In this document: in pieces, positions 49,832-61,965 of the stretch
Layout of the letters: every line of letters starts with the position of its first letter
Position numbering within the stretch: the stretch's first letter is position 1
Origin: Octopus sinensis
Taxonomy: Eukaryota
Direction of reading: 5' to 3'
NCBI RefSeq assembly: GCF_006345805.1
Contig: NC_042998.1
Location: forward strand, 169,756,001-169,820,000
DNA length: 64,000 nt
Translations under genes and position numbers: made by a program
The notes under the pieces: generated by a model
What the model was told of the DNA's origin: nothing
Databases searched by the model: none
The model's input: only the letters and a program-made list of their open reading frames with translations

Positions 49832-51366
49832 AATTTTTTTTAAATCTTGCTTTGAAACCTTTATCACTTGAAGTGACCATATCCAGTCCAAATATTCTAC
49901 TTGTTTTATACTCAAACAGGGCAGATCCTGCTTCTCACATCCACCCTACAATATTATTCTAAAAATAAAAATTCACATCACTGAAATAATGCAGCTATGA
50001 GATAATGCATGATTAATTCAAAACAATGGTGAATAAATAAGCATTACATTTGACAGAGAAATCTAAATGCTAAAGAGTCAGTTACTTTTTTTTTTATAAC
50101 ATATTGGTAAATTTTGTTGGGATACAATAGTTCTATCTTACTTAGACAAGTAAATATAAAAGAAAGACATTAAACAAAAGAAGTGAAATTTTATAAACTT
50201 AAAAAGAATTGATTTTCCGTATTGCAGGTTATGATTTTAACTATAAACTTAAAAGAAACAAGTTTTCTCTATAGCAGGTTAAAAAACAATTAAGGGTTTT
50301 AAGTTAAGAATCAAATCAAGAAGATTGACTAACATGTTCATTTGATATTTTTCTTTTGTTTCTTAATAATTTTGTTTTGCTTCTTAATTTTTTTTCTTTT
50401 TTTAAATGAAATTAACATTAATTCATAAATACTAAAAAAATTCAATTCTAAAAAATCAGAAATTTCATAGGGAATATTTGATTGAGAAGTTGTACAATTA
50501 AATATGGCAGTTCAGCAACATATAGTTAATACTTTTGCATCACACATGTAATAGTTATTTGGCATTTAGTAGTAGTAGGAGCAATAGTAGTATTGATAAC
50601 ATTTGAGTCACAACCTAGGACACTACTGAAATACACATTTTATTATACAGAATTTAGTTAGCAATTTACAGTTACATATCTCTACAGTTTTTTTTTTATA
50701 GATGTGTTTTTATACAAAAATAGCACCCATTAACTTATTAATTTGAAGAACAGTGAAATGCCAAAAACTAAATAATGACAAAAAAAAAGAGGTGTAGAAG
50801 AGGGGTGGGAGATGAAGACATATGCTTGATTGTTGGGAAGATTATGTAAATCTATTCTTAATAATGACAGTTTGTGACTAACAGTACTAATAAGTACCAA
50901 TATCGCCTCAACAGCACCAACACATCTGACAAGTCTACAGTGAAGACTTGTCATCATTTGTGTCACCAGAAATAAAATGAGAATCTGCATGATAAACCTT
51001 GATTAATGGATTAATAAGTAGGGACAATATGTTCCTTAATACTGAAAATCTGATGATTAACCTTTAGACCATTTGCTTTAAGGCAATATGAACTAGAGCA
51101 CAATATAAAATTATTATATTAAAATAAAAAATATTTAAGTTTTACATCCTTTTTTCGATGGTGTAATTTGAAGAGTGTTTTGCTGTGACTACAGTTATAG
51201 CAGTGTATAATAATAATAATAATTATTATTATTAATCAGGTTTGCTTAGATTGAGGATTTACTGCATGCATATATTTTCATTGTGAAGTTAATCATGTTG
51301 TAGAGAGTTTTCACAGTATGTATACACACACACATCTATCTATCTATATATATATATATATATATA

Positions 51367-51913
51367 TTGGGTTGTCCGGAAAGTTTGTACCGATTTATAG
51401 TAGCTTACCTTTCGACATATTTTAGAACATGGTTGAGTCCATAAAATAGGATTTTACTACACCTCCATTTAAAGCACAGTTTAAGCTATCTTTTCGTGGA
51501 AGAAGGTTTATGTTCCTATAATCGGTGTTAAAATGGAAGATAAGAAAGTTCATTTTCGGCACTTGATGCTTTGGGAACCAGACAAAAATTGCTGCAGCTC
51601 GGCTGGGATGTATTACCCCACCCTCCATATTCACCAGATATTGCTCCTTCGGATTTCCACTTATTCAGGTCTCTGCAGAATAGTCTTAATGGTAAAAATT
51701 TCAATTCCTTGGATGACGTAAAAATATACCTTGATGAATTCTTTGCCATGAAACCACCTCAATTCTAGGAAGGGGGGTATTTTCAAGTTAAAGGAAAGAT
51801 GGAAATGCATTGTGCAACAAAATGGTTCATATTTGGTTGATTAGAAATGTAATGACAAGTATTTATTGACCTTTTTCTTTCCTTTAAAAATCGGCACAAA
51901 CTTTCTGGACAAC

Positions 51914-51917
<4 letters not shown>
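51367..51917 (+). mobile_element. internally deleted mariner, second family
   Basis: TIR ttgggttgtccggaaagtttgtaccgattt and its inverse. N-terminal MEDKKVHFRHLML fused to LGWDVLPHPPYSPDIAPSDFHLF; (TA)n on both sides. Confidence 0.92.
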
Positions 51918-51964
<47 letters not shown>

Positions 51965-52407
51965 ATACACACACACACAAGGTATGTATTTTATCAGTTT
52001 GTGGGCAGGCTGTGATTGTAAACATAAGTAAATATATTCTCATGAAGTCACCTGCCCATAAACTGACAAAACATATACGCTGTATATGTCTATTTGAATT
52101 GTTTATATCTTTCAGGTTGCTTCTCGTTCATATTTGAATTTTTTCCATGGTATGAAATGTTGGGGCATACCAGCAGATGGTTCTTACACCATTTTGCACA
52201 TAGTCTCGTATGTGGTATTGACAAGTCACAAAGATGACAAAACATTAATGTCTATCGTTCTTGCAATGGGACCAGATGTGAGTTTATCTTGCTTGTCTAT
52301 GACTTCCAGGTGTTTTAACACCAAGTACATTATGAGAATATAGTCTCTTATGCCTACAATCACAGCTTCCTCACAAACTGACAAAACACATACCTTGTGT
52401 ATGTGTG
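51965..52407. repeat. fold-back element with ~65-75-bp arms
   Basis: 51981..52046 is the inverse of 52329..52394; a third partial arm at ~52050-52078. Confidence 0.8.
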
Positions 52408-53235
52408 CTCAATATTGTTATCCCTCGGACTGCTTCCCATTCATCTTGAATACATATGTGTGTGTGTGTATACATAAACACACTTGTATATGTATGTGTG
52501 TGTATAGATAGATAACACACACTCATTATACCATCACACACACATAAATTAGCAGTGAAACAAACAAAAAGAGAGATATACATATACTCTCTCTCTCTCT
52601 CTCTCTCTCTCATACACACACACTCACGCACGCATGCACTTATAAAATTTACAAATAATTAAAACTTCAGTATCTAAATCCAGCTGGTTGGTTGGTTGGT
52701 TGGTTGGTTGTTTTTTTTTTCATTATTGTTGTTATTTCTACTGCTGCACATAACACCATCATCACCATCATCATCATCATCATCATCATTGTTCTTCAAA
52801 TCATTTCTGATCTTGTTATTGAGGTGTACTTCTGATTTCTAGTCGATGATCTGATGTTTTCTTTTTTCTTTTTTTAGAATTTATTTATTTTTTTTAAGAC
52901 ATAAAGAGAAATAAATATTTCTTATGTGAAAAAAAAAAAAAAAACTCAAATGCAAGAAATATTACAACATATCTTCCACCAAAATCAAAGTTATTAATTT
53001 TGGGGGAGGGAAAAAAAATAAGAGCAAATGTCACTTTTTTTTTTGAAATGGTAATAATATATATATCTTGATGTTAAAAAAAACAATATGTAATATATTT
53101 ACACAATAATGAGACTACCAAAGATGTTATCAGACACACAAGCATATATTCACACATGATTTAACGAAAGTGTATCTGCAGGTACATGGAAATAAAAAAA
53201 TTAAAAAAAGGAACCTAAAGAGATAAAAGCCTTTA

Positions 53236-54789
53236 TCAGGAGTTATGATTACTATCCATTGGTCTGCTATTTAAGAGATGGGGCTGGCTATAAAATTGTT
53301 TTGCTAATTCATGAACAGACTGGTAACCAGAAGCACGAGAACCAAGACACATTTGATACTGCGCTGGTTCCAAGGCAGGATCACAAGAAACATGATGGAA
53401 TGCATGATACAACCCAGGGTCAACAGTGCGAAAAATAGTTAAGTTACTATTGATAAATTTTTGGTAAAGATCAACATCCTCTTTGCCCCATCCTTGAATA
53501 CTCGTATCAAAACCACCAACAGCTTCAAGATCACTTTTATATATACTTGCAATTCCAAAACCAAACTGTCGCCAATTCCCATAGTCATTACGGAAATCTC
53601 TAATATCAAATTTGCAATTAACTGGATCAGGGCAAAAACTTCTTGTATCAAACTGACTGAACACAATTGGAAAATATACTTGAAGTCCCTGTCTGGTGTT
53701 CATACGAACACGTTGAAAAACATCCCTACTAACGAGAATATCGACATCCATAAAAAATAGTAGAGAATTAGGTTTTGTATCAGATGAACCTAACTTCAAT
53801 GCCTTAGCCCGAGAAAATGCTCCATTAGCTTCAATAAGTTCAACTGAATTAGCACCATAGCGTTGTTGATACTGGACAATCAAATTTATAGATTTCTGTA
53901 AGGCTGTATCATCTGTACTGTCAAAAAGAACAATATTTAAGTGAACTTTTTCTTTTGCAATTAGAACAATTTGTTCATAGTTTTTCATAAATCTTTTAAA
54001 GGTTTCATACCGACCAGATAATGATAGAACGATATGTATAGTTTCTTTGGTTTTATCAACGTTAGTCCGTTCTGGAGATTTATAGTCTGTAAAGAGATGT
54101 GCAAAAGGATGAACAGAATCGTATGAAATGTATTCTTCTTTATTTGATGGAAAATAGTCTTCCAAAATTTCCATAGGGCCAAAATTCTGCTGTAAGTATG
54201 CATGTCTTCGAACGGGGACAGTCATTCGACGTCCCTTGTGTTTCCTGTAAATTAAAAGCAGGTCAAGAATATAGTCACAGCTTAAATATGGATGTAATCT
54301 CCGGTAACCATAAAGAATTTCTTTAAAATCAATATGACGGCCACGCTGTCTGGCATTTCCATTGATCATGTGTATGGTCTGCTGTATAACGTCATCAAGT
54401 GCTACACGCATATGAGCAGGCATTCCTCGTTTAGGATTAACGTCAGCAGCTGAATACAAGGGTCTAGTAAAAAAATCCCACTCAAAAACATCCTCCTCAT
54501 CTTTTGGATTATATTTTGTTATAGAAGTCCTTAAACCAAGATTGTTTGGTTTCTCAGAGTCTTGTTCCCCTAGCAACTGATTTACTGAATTTATCTCCCG
54601 GTGTAGATTCAGGGTCTTTTGGCGTAAGCTCGATATGCGTTGTCCTAAAATGTAATTATGAACGCGGAATTGATGTGTTGGTTCCTTGATAGGATGTAAA
54701 GTGATGGCTTGATTTAGATCTGCTTTGTTCAGGCTGTATGTGAATGATCCTTTCTCCTCTTTGTAGTTGTGAAAGAAAAGATGCTGCAT
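53236..54789 (-). CDS. CHSY1: chondroitin sulfate synthase 1-like, large terminal coding exon (517 aa)
   Basis: Acceptor cttttccacag|ATGCAGCAT. Motifs IDFKEILYGYRR, YILDLLLIYRKHKGRRMTVPVRRHAYLQQ, LSGRYETF, DVD (DxD), YFPIVFSQF, WRQFGFG, VGGFDTSIQGWGKEDVDL, QYQMCLGS. Vertebrate CHSY1's last exon also begins MQQLF. Confidence 0.95.
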   Translation of the reverse strand: MQHLFFHNYKEEKGSFTYSLNKADLNQAITLHPIKEPTHQFRVHNYILGQRISSLRQKTLNLHREINSVNQLLGEQDSEKPNNLGLRTSITKYNPKDEEDVFEWDFFTRPLYSAADVNPKRGMPAHMRVALDDVIQQTIHMINGNARQRGRHIDFKEILYGYRRLHPYLSCDYILDLLLIYRKHKGRRMTVPVRRHAYLQQNFGPMEILEDYFPSNKEEYISYDSVHPFAHLFTDYKSPERTNVDKTKETIHIVLSLSGRYETFKRFMKNYEQIVLIAKEKVHLNIVLFDSTDDTALQKSINLIVQYQQRYGANSVELIEANGAFSRAKALKLGSSDTKPNSLLFFMDVDILVSRDVFQRVRMNTRQGLQVYFPIVFSQFDTRSFCPDPVNCKFDIRDFRNDYGNWRQFGFGIASIYKSDLEAVGGFDTSIQGWGKEDVDLYQKFINSNLTIFRTVDPGLYHAFHHVSCDPALEPAQYQMCLGSRASGYQSVHELAKQFYSQPHLLNSRPMDSNHNS

Positions 54790-55939
54790 CTGTGGAAAAG
54801 AAAAATATGAAAAAGAAATTAAAATAATGTTAAAATAAATTAAATCAAATACATATTAACAAGTCTCTTTAAATCAAAAAAATCAAAACAATTATAAAAA
54901 AAAAAATGTTAATTTGGTTTATATTTTTAAATGTGTCCAAAGATTTTCTTCGAAACTCCAGCAAGGTTGGTACCAATTCTTGAACTTATTAATTAAATAG
55001 GATTGTCAAGGAAACAGGAAAGAAAGTGTATGCTGGAAATGATTTAAATTTTATTATTTTAAGCATTTTCAGAAGCTCACATTTTCAAATGAATAACAAG
55101 TTTAAGAATTTTCTGAAGAAATTTAATAAAGTTAATGAATCTAATTCGACTATAGAATTGGTAACATTTAATTTCTCCTACAATCAGTTCTATGTCAATG
55201 TAATCTTTTAATAAATATTTTCCATCCCTAAAAAATACCATATCTTGGAAAGTGAGTATATCATCCTTACAACATTACATTTTTAAAATATCTAATAAAA
55301 TGCTTTATAATATCATTCATATCAAAATATCAACTGCATTTTAGAACAGCAAAAAAAAAATAGTCAAATTAATTTTTTTCCTTCTTGAGAAAAAATAACT
55401 ATTCCTATTGTCTGCAGTAAATCCTTAAATTAATTTTTTTCATTCTGCATTTCATTTATGAATCATATTTTCAAAACATCATGTATTTATGAAATGAAAT
55501 GATGAAGGAACTTGTACATAGTTTGTTATTTTAACTTGTAGAAATAGCAGCCAAATTCCATCTAAACAAAAGACTTTAAAAATATACATTGGATAATGTA
55601 GTACAAGATAAACTAAGGTTGAAAAGACTGGATGCTCATGACTAGAACTAATAAGATCAAAAACCTTTAAGCTCTAACCTTCCTGTCTCCACAACTTTTT
55701 TTCCCCACTCTGAAATAGTGTTTCCCAGACACATTATCCAATGTATTCACCACTGTTTAAAAATGTCAGGCTGTATAATTAGAGGGAAAAATAGTGGTTG
55801 TTTCTAACAGGTCAAGTGATCACATAAAGGCTTCCTTATTGGATAATATAATGCAGTCAGCATATAATTAATCCCTTCAACACTGGCCTAGTTGATATTG
55901 AGTATCATATTGAAATTAAAACCTTCTATTATAATTTTA

Positions 55940-56170
55940 CTAGCAGCATAGCCCGGCGTTGCCCGGGTATGTAAGAGCCCCTAGTAGGCAACGACTAATC
56001 CCAATCTAGTCCTTTCCCTCTAGGGAACGAAGGCGCATGTGTAGGTTGCAATGTCTTCTCTTCACTCCCAAATAACTATCAAACAGCTATCGATAATTCA
56101 ACCCAATCAATTCCTACCAGGAAGAAATTACATTCGAGACTTTACCCCCAAGCTGGGGGTGGGATTTATT
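55940..56170 (-). mobile_element. Helitron-like 3' end and adjacent body
   Basis: Minus strand cccgggcaacgccgggctatgctgCTAG|t. The 5' boundary is uncertain. Confidence 0.65.
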
Positions 56171-58209
56171 TGGCTAAAAATGAGCAGTAGCTGTAGCTCA
56201 TTTTCAGCCAAATAGACTGGAGCAATGTAAGATGAAATGCCTTGCTCAAGGACACAATGTACTGTCCAGTCCAGAAATTAAACCCACAATCTTACAACTG
56301 GCACAAGAGCAACCCCTCACAGCTGCTGGTGGTCACTTTCAGTTGAGTGAAGTTGAGTAATGTGAAATGAAGTGCCTTGCTCAAGGAGTACAACATGCTC
56401 CCTGATCTGGGAAATGAACCTACAAATTTATGATTGTGAATTTGATAGCCTCTTCACAAGGCCTTGAGCCTTTACTGCTCCAAACACCAGCTTAATTAAG
56501 AATTTGGAATGAATCAGTAAAATAATTAAATTTGTCCATTATTATTTTTAAAATTAACTGAAACACACAGGCATTTAACATTATTAGAAATATGATCATG
56601 AAAAGGTTAATAATTTCTAATAGGTAATCTCACAGGTCTGTTCAACATACAGACTTTTCAATGTACAGTTAATCTCCCATTGTTGAATAACTAGATGAGA
56701 GAGACAGCTCTGTTCAAGATAGTTGCCAAAAACTCAACACCACAATCAAATATCAAACTTTTTAGGAAAATGTGGTTTAAAAAGCATCACTGGTTTAAAA
56801 CTAAACTAATAGAATAAGTCTGCTATGCAAAATTCAGCCCAAAGAATATTTACTGGCCCTTAAAACTAACCCTACTCCAATTAGAACAATAGCTTACTTG
56901 AAAAAAAAAAGAAAAAGAGATAGATTGATTGATAGATAGAGAGAGAGACAGAGAGAACAAATTGAGGTTAAAACAAGTTCAATTTCACTATAGCAGCTGT
57001 AAGAAATAGGTTCTTCAAAGTAAAAGACAAATTTGCTCTTAAAGAAAGATTTCAGCACAAATTGTTAGTCATTAGTAAAGGTTCACCGAGTGTTTTTGAA
57101 ATCTCTTTAACACTTGATAACAATCCACCTAAGATTATTCTTAGTTCTAGGATACAAAAACTATGTATTTTAAAGTGTATTTAAATTAAAACCTTCCACA
57201 ATAATTGTATGTAAGAGTCTTCTGTTGAAATATATTCCAAACACATGCTTAATAATAATAATAAAAAAAAAATTTTACTAAGTGCCTCCAAATTATTGAT
57301 TATTTTCAAATTAATTAAAACACAAAAGCATTGTATTTTACCATAAAAAAAGGTTATGAAAGGATTAAATCTGTTAAGCTTTAAGAGAAAATAAATGACA
57401 AATAAACCAATGTTTAAATTATACAGCAGTAAAAGAAGAAAAAAATGTTGAAATTCTAATCTTGAAGTCAGGAAAAAGTACTGAGTTTAGTGACTGGTTA
57501 AGAGAGTACAGAAATATGAATGAACCATTGCTTATCAGTAGTAGCAATAAATGATAAAAATAGATTAAGTTTGATAAATATAGATTTGGAGCAGGGAAGG
57601 TGCACTTTTACTTTGTATCCTATAAGGGTCAATAAAGCACAAGTAAGTTGGGTGGAGACATTTCCCACTACGTTCCAAATTTACTGATGTTTGACAATTG
57701 CTTAAATTGTTGAAAAAAAGAATAGAAAAAATGCAATTCCTAAATCCCATTTTTTTATGAGTAGATTTTAGTCAACATTTTTTAAAGTCTGTAACAGAAG
57801 AAAAATATTAAAAGGTAATGAGATAATTCCTAGCATTTTTTCTTCTCTTATTAAACTGAACTGAAAAAAAGATATCATTTGTTGACATTACTATCTTAAT
57901 TAGCTATGATTTCTTATTGCAAGATAAAGAGTTTTTTTTTTTTTTTTGGAACAAGATACAAATTGATAGCACACAAGATGAGAACATTTCTCAGTTCTTC
58001 TTCTTCAAGATAATGTTGATGACTTCAATGTATATCAAAATATTTTCATTACCACCTTCATACTTATTAATCTCTCTTTTCCTGCTGTTATTGATACTCT
58101 GTCTATGTTGTGACCTACAAGATCTCTAATACAGCTATGTACCTTGTTCAAGGAGAAAACACCAGAAGCAGATGAAAGTTCTTCACTAAAAAACTAAGAG
58201 ATTGCAACC

Positions 58210-58618
58210 AGGAGTGGCTGTGTGGTAAGTAGCTTACTTACCAACCACATGGTTCCGGGTTCATTCCCACTGCATAGCACCTTGGGCAAGTGTCTTCTAC
58301 TATAGCCTCGGGCCGACCAAAGCCTTGTGAGTGGATTTGGTAGACAGAAACTGAAAGAAGCCCGTCGTGTATATGTATGTATATATGTATATGTGTGTAT
58401 GTGTTTGTGTTTGTCCCCCCCCCCAACATCGCGTGACAACCGATGGTGGTGTGTTTACGTCCCCGTAACTTAGCGGTTCGGCAAAAGAAACCGATAGAAT
58501 AAGTACTAGGCTTACAAAGAATAAGTCCTGCGGTCGATTTTCTCGACTAAAGGCGGTGCTCCAGCATGGCCGCAGTCAAATAACTGAAACAAGTAAAAGA
58601 GTAAAGAGTAAAAGAGTA
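58210..58618 (+). mobile_element. SINE family A, young copy
   Basis: Retains most CpGs; (gtaaa(a)ga)3 tail. Confidence 0.9.
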
Positions 58619-58797
58619 TTAACATTTACCTATTCTACTTCCCTACCTCTGTAAATAAAAACACACACATGCACACCTGGCTGGTCATTTTATTAGGTCA
58701 GAGTTAGTCCCCTTACTCATTGCTGATGTGGAAATTCTAAAGTCGTGTTGTTTCCATCTCAAACCTTGGATTTTCACACCTCTATATTATGATTGGA

Positions 58798-58828
<31 letters not shown>

Positions 58829-58907
58829 TCAAATTCATCCACAACTGAGATTTATTGTATGATCTTCGATTATAGAGAAAAATGGCCAAAAAGCATGGCC
58901 ACAGTCA

Positions 58908-59310
58908 TCATCATTTAGCGTCCGCTTTCCATGCTAGCATGGGTTGGACGGTTCTACTGGGGTCTGTGAAGCCAGAAGGCTTCATCAGGCCCAGTCAAAT
59001 CTGGCAGTGTTTCTACGGCTGGATGCCCTTCCTAATGCCAACCACTCCGTGAGTGTAGTGGGTGCTTTTTACGTGCCACCCGCACAGGTGCCAGATAGAG
59101 CTGGCAAACGGCCACGAACGGATCGTGCTTTTTATGTGCCACCGGCACGAGGGCCAGGCGAGGCTGGCAACAGACACGAACGGATGGTGCTTTTTACGTG
59201 CCACCGGCACGAGGCCAGTCGGGGCAGCGCTGGCAACGGTCGCGAAACAGAAGGTTCTCTTACATGCCACCGGCACTGGTAACACATCTGCAATTTCCAT
59301 TGATCGATTT
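58908..59310 (-). mobile_element. RTE 3'-UTR copy with 3-4 diverged ~62-bp units
   Basis: Same family, minus orientation. Confidence 0.8.
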
Positions 59311-59361
59311 TGATTCTGATCCTGAAACAAGTAAAAGAGTGTGTGTGTGTGCGTGTATATT

Positions 59362-59447
59362 TGAAGTCCTGATGATGCTATAAGGTGTTAGTCAGGCACT
59401 CGACTATGAGTCCACTGCATTTTATAGTAGAAACAGCTATAAGTTCA
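59362..59447 (+). ncRNA. degenerate hammerhead motif with long stem II
   Basis: CUGAUGA, 13-bp stem, GAAACAGCU(A)UA; stems I and III damaged. Confidence 0.5.
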
Positions 59448-60419
59448 TAGGATATTCATTTGTTCCTTTAACATCTCATTTTCCACACACACACACATAC
59501 ACATACACACACATAAACTTTTAGTTGATAAATGAGTAGGTTCATGAGGGAAATTTGGTTAAGATATGGTTCTTCCATTTTAAGCATGTCAGACCTCATG
59601 GATGGATGGTTACTAGAATACAGTAGAGAACTTTTCCTTGTTGTCTTATTCGTTTTTTTGTACACAAGTGTCATGGAAGTTGTCAATGAAAACAAGAGCA
59701 ATTATTTCTCACATCAAATAAAAAAAAAAGGGTCCTTTCCTTATTTATTTTTAATATTGAGATCTTCATAGTGAGTATAAAGTTCAAGACAGTGATTTGC
59801 CCCTTAGGTCAATCTTGTAAGGAAGTAGTTCAGGTTCCTTTCATTGCTAATGCTTTGACTGAAGTCAGTGAGGCATTTGCAGAAAATGGCAGGCTATGTC
59901 CCTTTATTTATTTAAAAGCATGAGAGATTATGACCTCGGGGAAAAGACAGGAAAATGGTCCATTGGTGCTGTAATAAGAGATTGGAAGTTGGAAAGAGTT
60001 CAGCAGAAATTTAAGACCTCATGGGAGCAAAAAGCATTAATTGTTGGATATTGTGATAGTCTGGTGAAGGAGTGAGGTAGGTAAGATATGAAAGACACTG
60101 ATTGCTTGGGTAGATACACACCACAGCAATCTCAAGAAGGAAAGGTCATGTTTAAATATTGGCGAGAATAATCATCATCATTTTTACATCCGTTTTCTTT
60201 CCCATGCTTGTATATGATAGATGGGTCTTATCAGTACAAGGTCCCACCACTTGTTATGGACCTTTCTCACCTACTTTGTCAGAGTCATAATCCCCAGAAC
60301 AGTCTCCCCCTCCACCACTATTCAAGTTTACCCCCACCATCTTCTATTCTGAGTTACTTAAAATTAGGAATTTAGGTCTCAGCCGATGTATACACACACA
60401 GCATCTTCACATACATGAG

Positions 60420-60434
60420 TGTGTACACACACTC

Positions 60435-60467
<33 letters not shown>

Positions 60468-60856
60468 AGTGTGTGTGCGTGTATGTATCTATATGTATGT
60501 GTATATATATATATGTGTGTGAGTGTATATATGTATATATATATATATATATATATCTATAAGTATATATGAATATATATATAGGTATAAGTATATATGA
60601 ATATATATAGATATAAGTATATATGAATATATATATAGGTATAAGTATATATGAATATATATAGATATAAGTATATATGAATATATATAGATATAAGTAT
60701 ATATTTTTCTCTGCTTTGCATTACATATTCTTTGATTTCTTCCCACCCCTCATTCTGTCCATCCTTTAAACCAATGTATCTTTCACTATGTTGTCATAAC
60801 TTTTTCATATACATACATGTATATACATATGTATATATATACATACATGTATATAC

Positions 60857-60910
<54 letters not shown>

Positions 60911-61023
60911 TATATATATGTATGCATGTATATATATATATATGTATATATATTTGCATGTATATATATGTATGTATGTATATATATATGCATGTATATA
61001 TATGTATGTATGTATATATATAT

Positions 61024-61069
<46 letters not shown>

Positions 61070-61110
61070 CATAAAATATATATATACATACATATATATA
61101 TAAAATATAT
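60420..61110. repeat. large (TG)n/(TA)n/(TATG)n low-complexity block
   Basis: Direct reading. Confidence 0.95.
60558..60704. repeat. 26/28-bp AT-rich minisatellite
   Basis: aagt anchors at 60561, 60589, 60615, 60643, 60669, 60695. Confidence 0.9.
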
Positions 61111-61174
61111 AAATACATACTTAAAAATCACTTACTGTGAATAAAGTAGCGTAGTGCTCCATTAATTAATTAAT

Positions 61175-61475
61175 AAGGTAAAAAACATAATCAATGCACA
61201 ACCAAATGGAAAACAGACGCAGGTCACAAACTCCTCATCAGTTATTGGCCGGTGGGTGAAACACAATTTCATGTCTTTTAAAGGCGTGAAATTGTGTTTG
61301 ACCCTCTGACTGATTACTGGTGAAGAGCCAGTGATCTTCTCTGTCTGTTTTCCATTTGGTTGTGCATTTGTTTTGTTTTTTTTACCTTGGAAGCAATATT
61401 ATCAATAATGACTGAAATTGCGCTTGACCCTCTGGCCAATAACTAAAGTGGAGTTGTTGACCTGTGTTTTCTGTT
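61175..61475. repeat. interlocking inverted repeats
   Basis: A 61175-61218 / A' 61343-61388; B 61211-61271 / B' 61413-61475; partial b' 61287-61306. Confidence 0.8.
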
Positions 61476-61582
61476 CATCTGTGTATTTAGTATATGTTCG
61501 TATATTTATTGACTACACGTTTCTTAAAATTATTTATATATATATATATATTTGCATTGGGACCCCTTCGCATCGAAGACCA

Positions 61583-61641
61583 GTGATTGTTGTGTGCTGA
61601 CGATGGGTAAATAACCAGAAACCTGGGTCCGTATGTATCAC
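61583..61641 (+). ncRNA. type-I hammerhead ribozyme motif
   Basis: GUGAU-ugu-UGUGUG-CUGACGA-UGG guaaauaa CCA-GAAACCUGGGUC-CGUAUG-u-AUCAC. Confidence 0.7.
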
Positions 61642-61928
61642 GTCAGTTTGACAATGGGAAGGATGGCTTCCCTTTGCAAATACTGATAGGGCACAGAAAG
61701 TATGTCAATAGCCAGCTGGAAAAGATGTTCTCCTGGGGCTACAAGCTACAGCAGCTTCCACCCATAATGGTTAGCCACTAGTGGCAAATATGTGGTGGAG
61801 CACTATCCTGCATCCAGATGTCGTTGTTTGAGTCAAGCTGAAGTACAGCAAAATCATGCAGCATATTGAGATATAGGTGGGAATTTGTGTTTATTACTAG
61901 AAATGGGTAAAGTGACTTATGGCCATCC

Positions 61929-61960
<32 letters not shown>

Positions 61961-61965
<5 letters not shown>

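Noticed and set aside
53439-54203. Alternative-frame and antisense ORFs over the CHSY1 exon
   Set aside because: Short shadows of the real coding frame.
60489-61144. Many Y/I/M-rich ORFs in the track
   Set aside because: Translations of TA/TG microsatellites.
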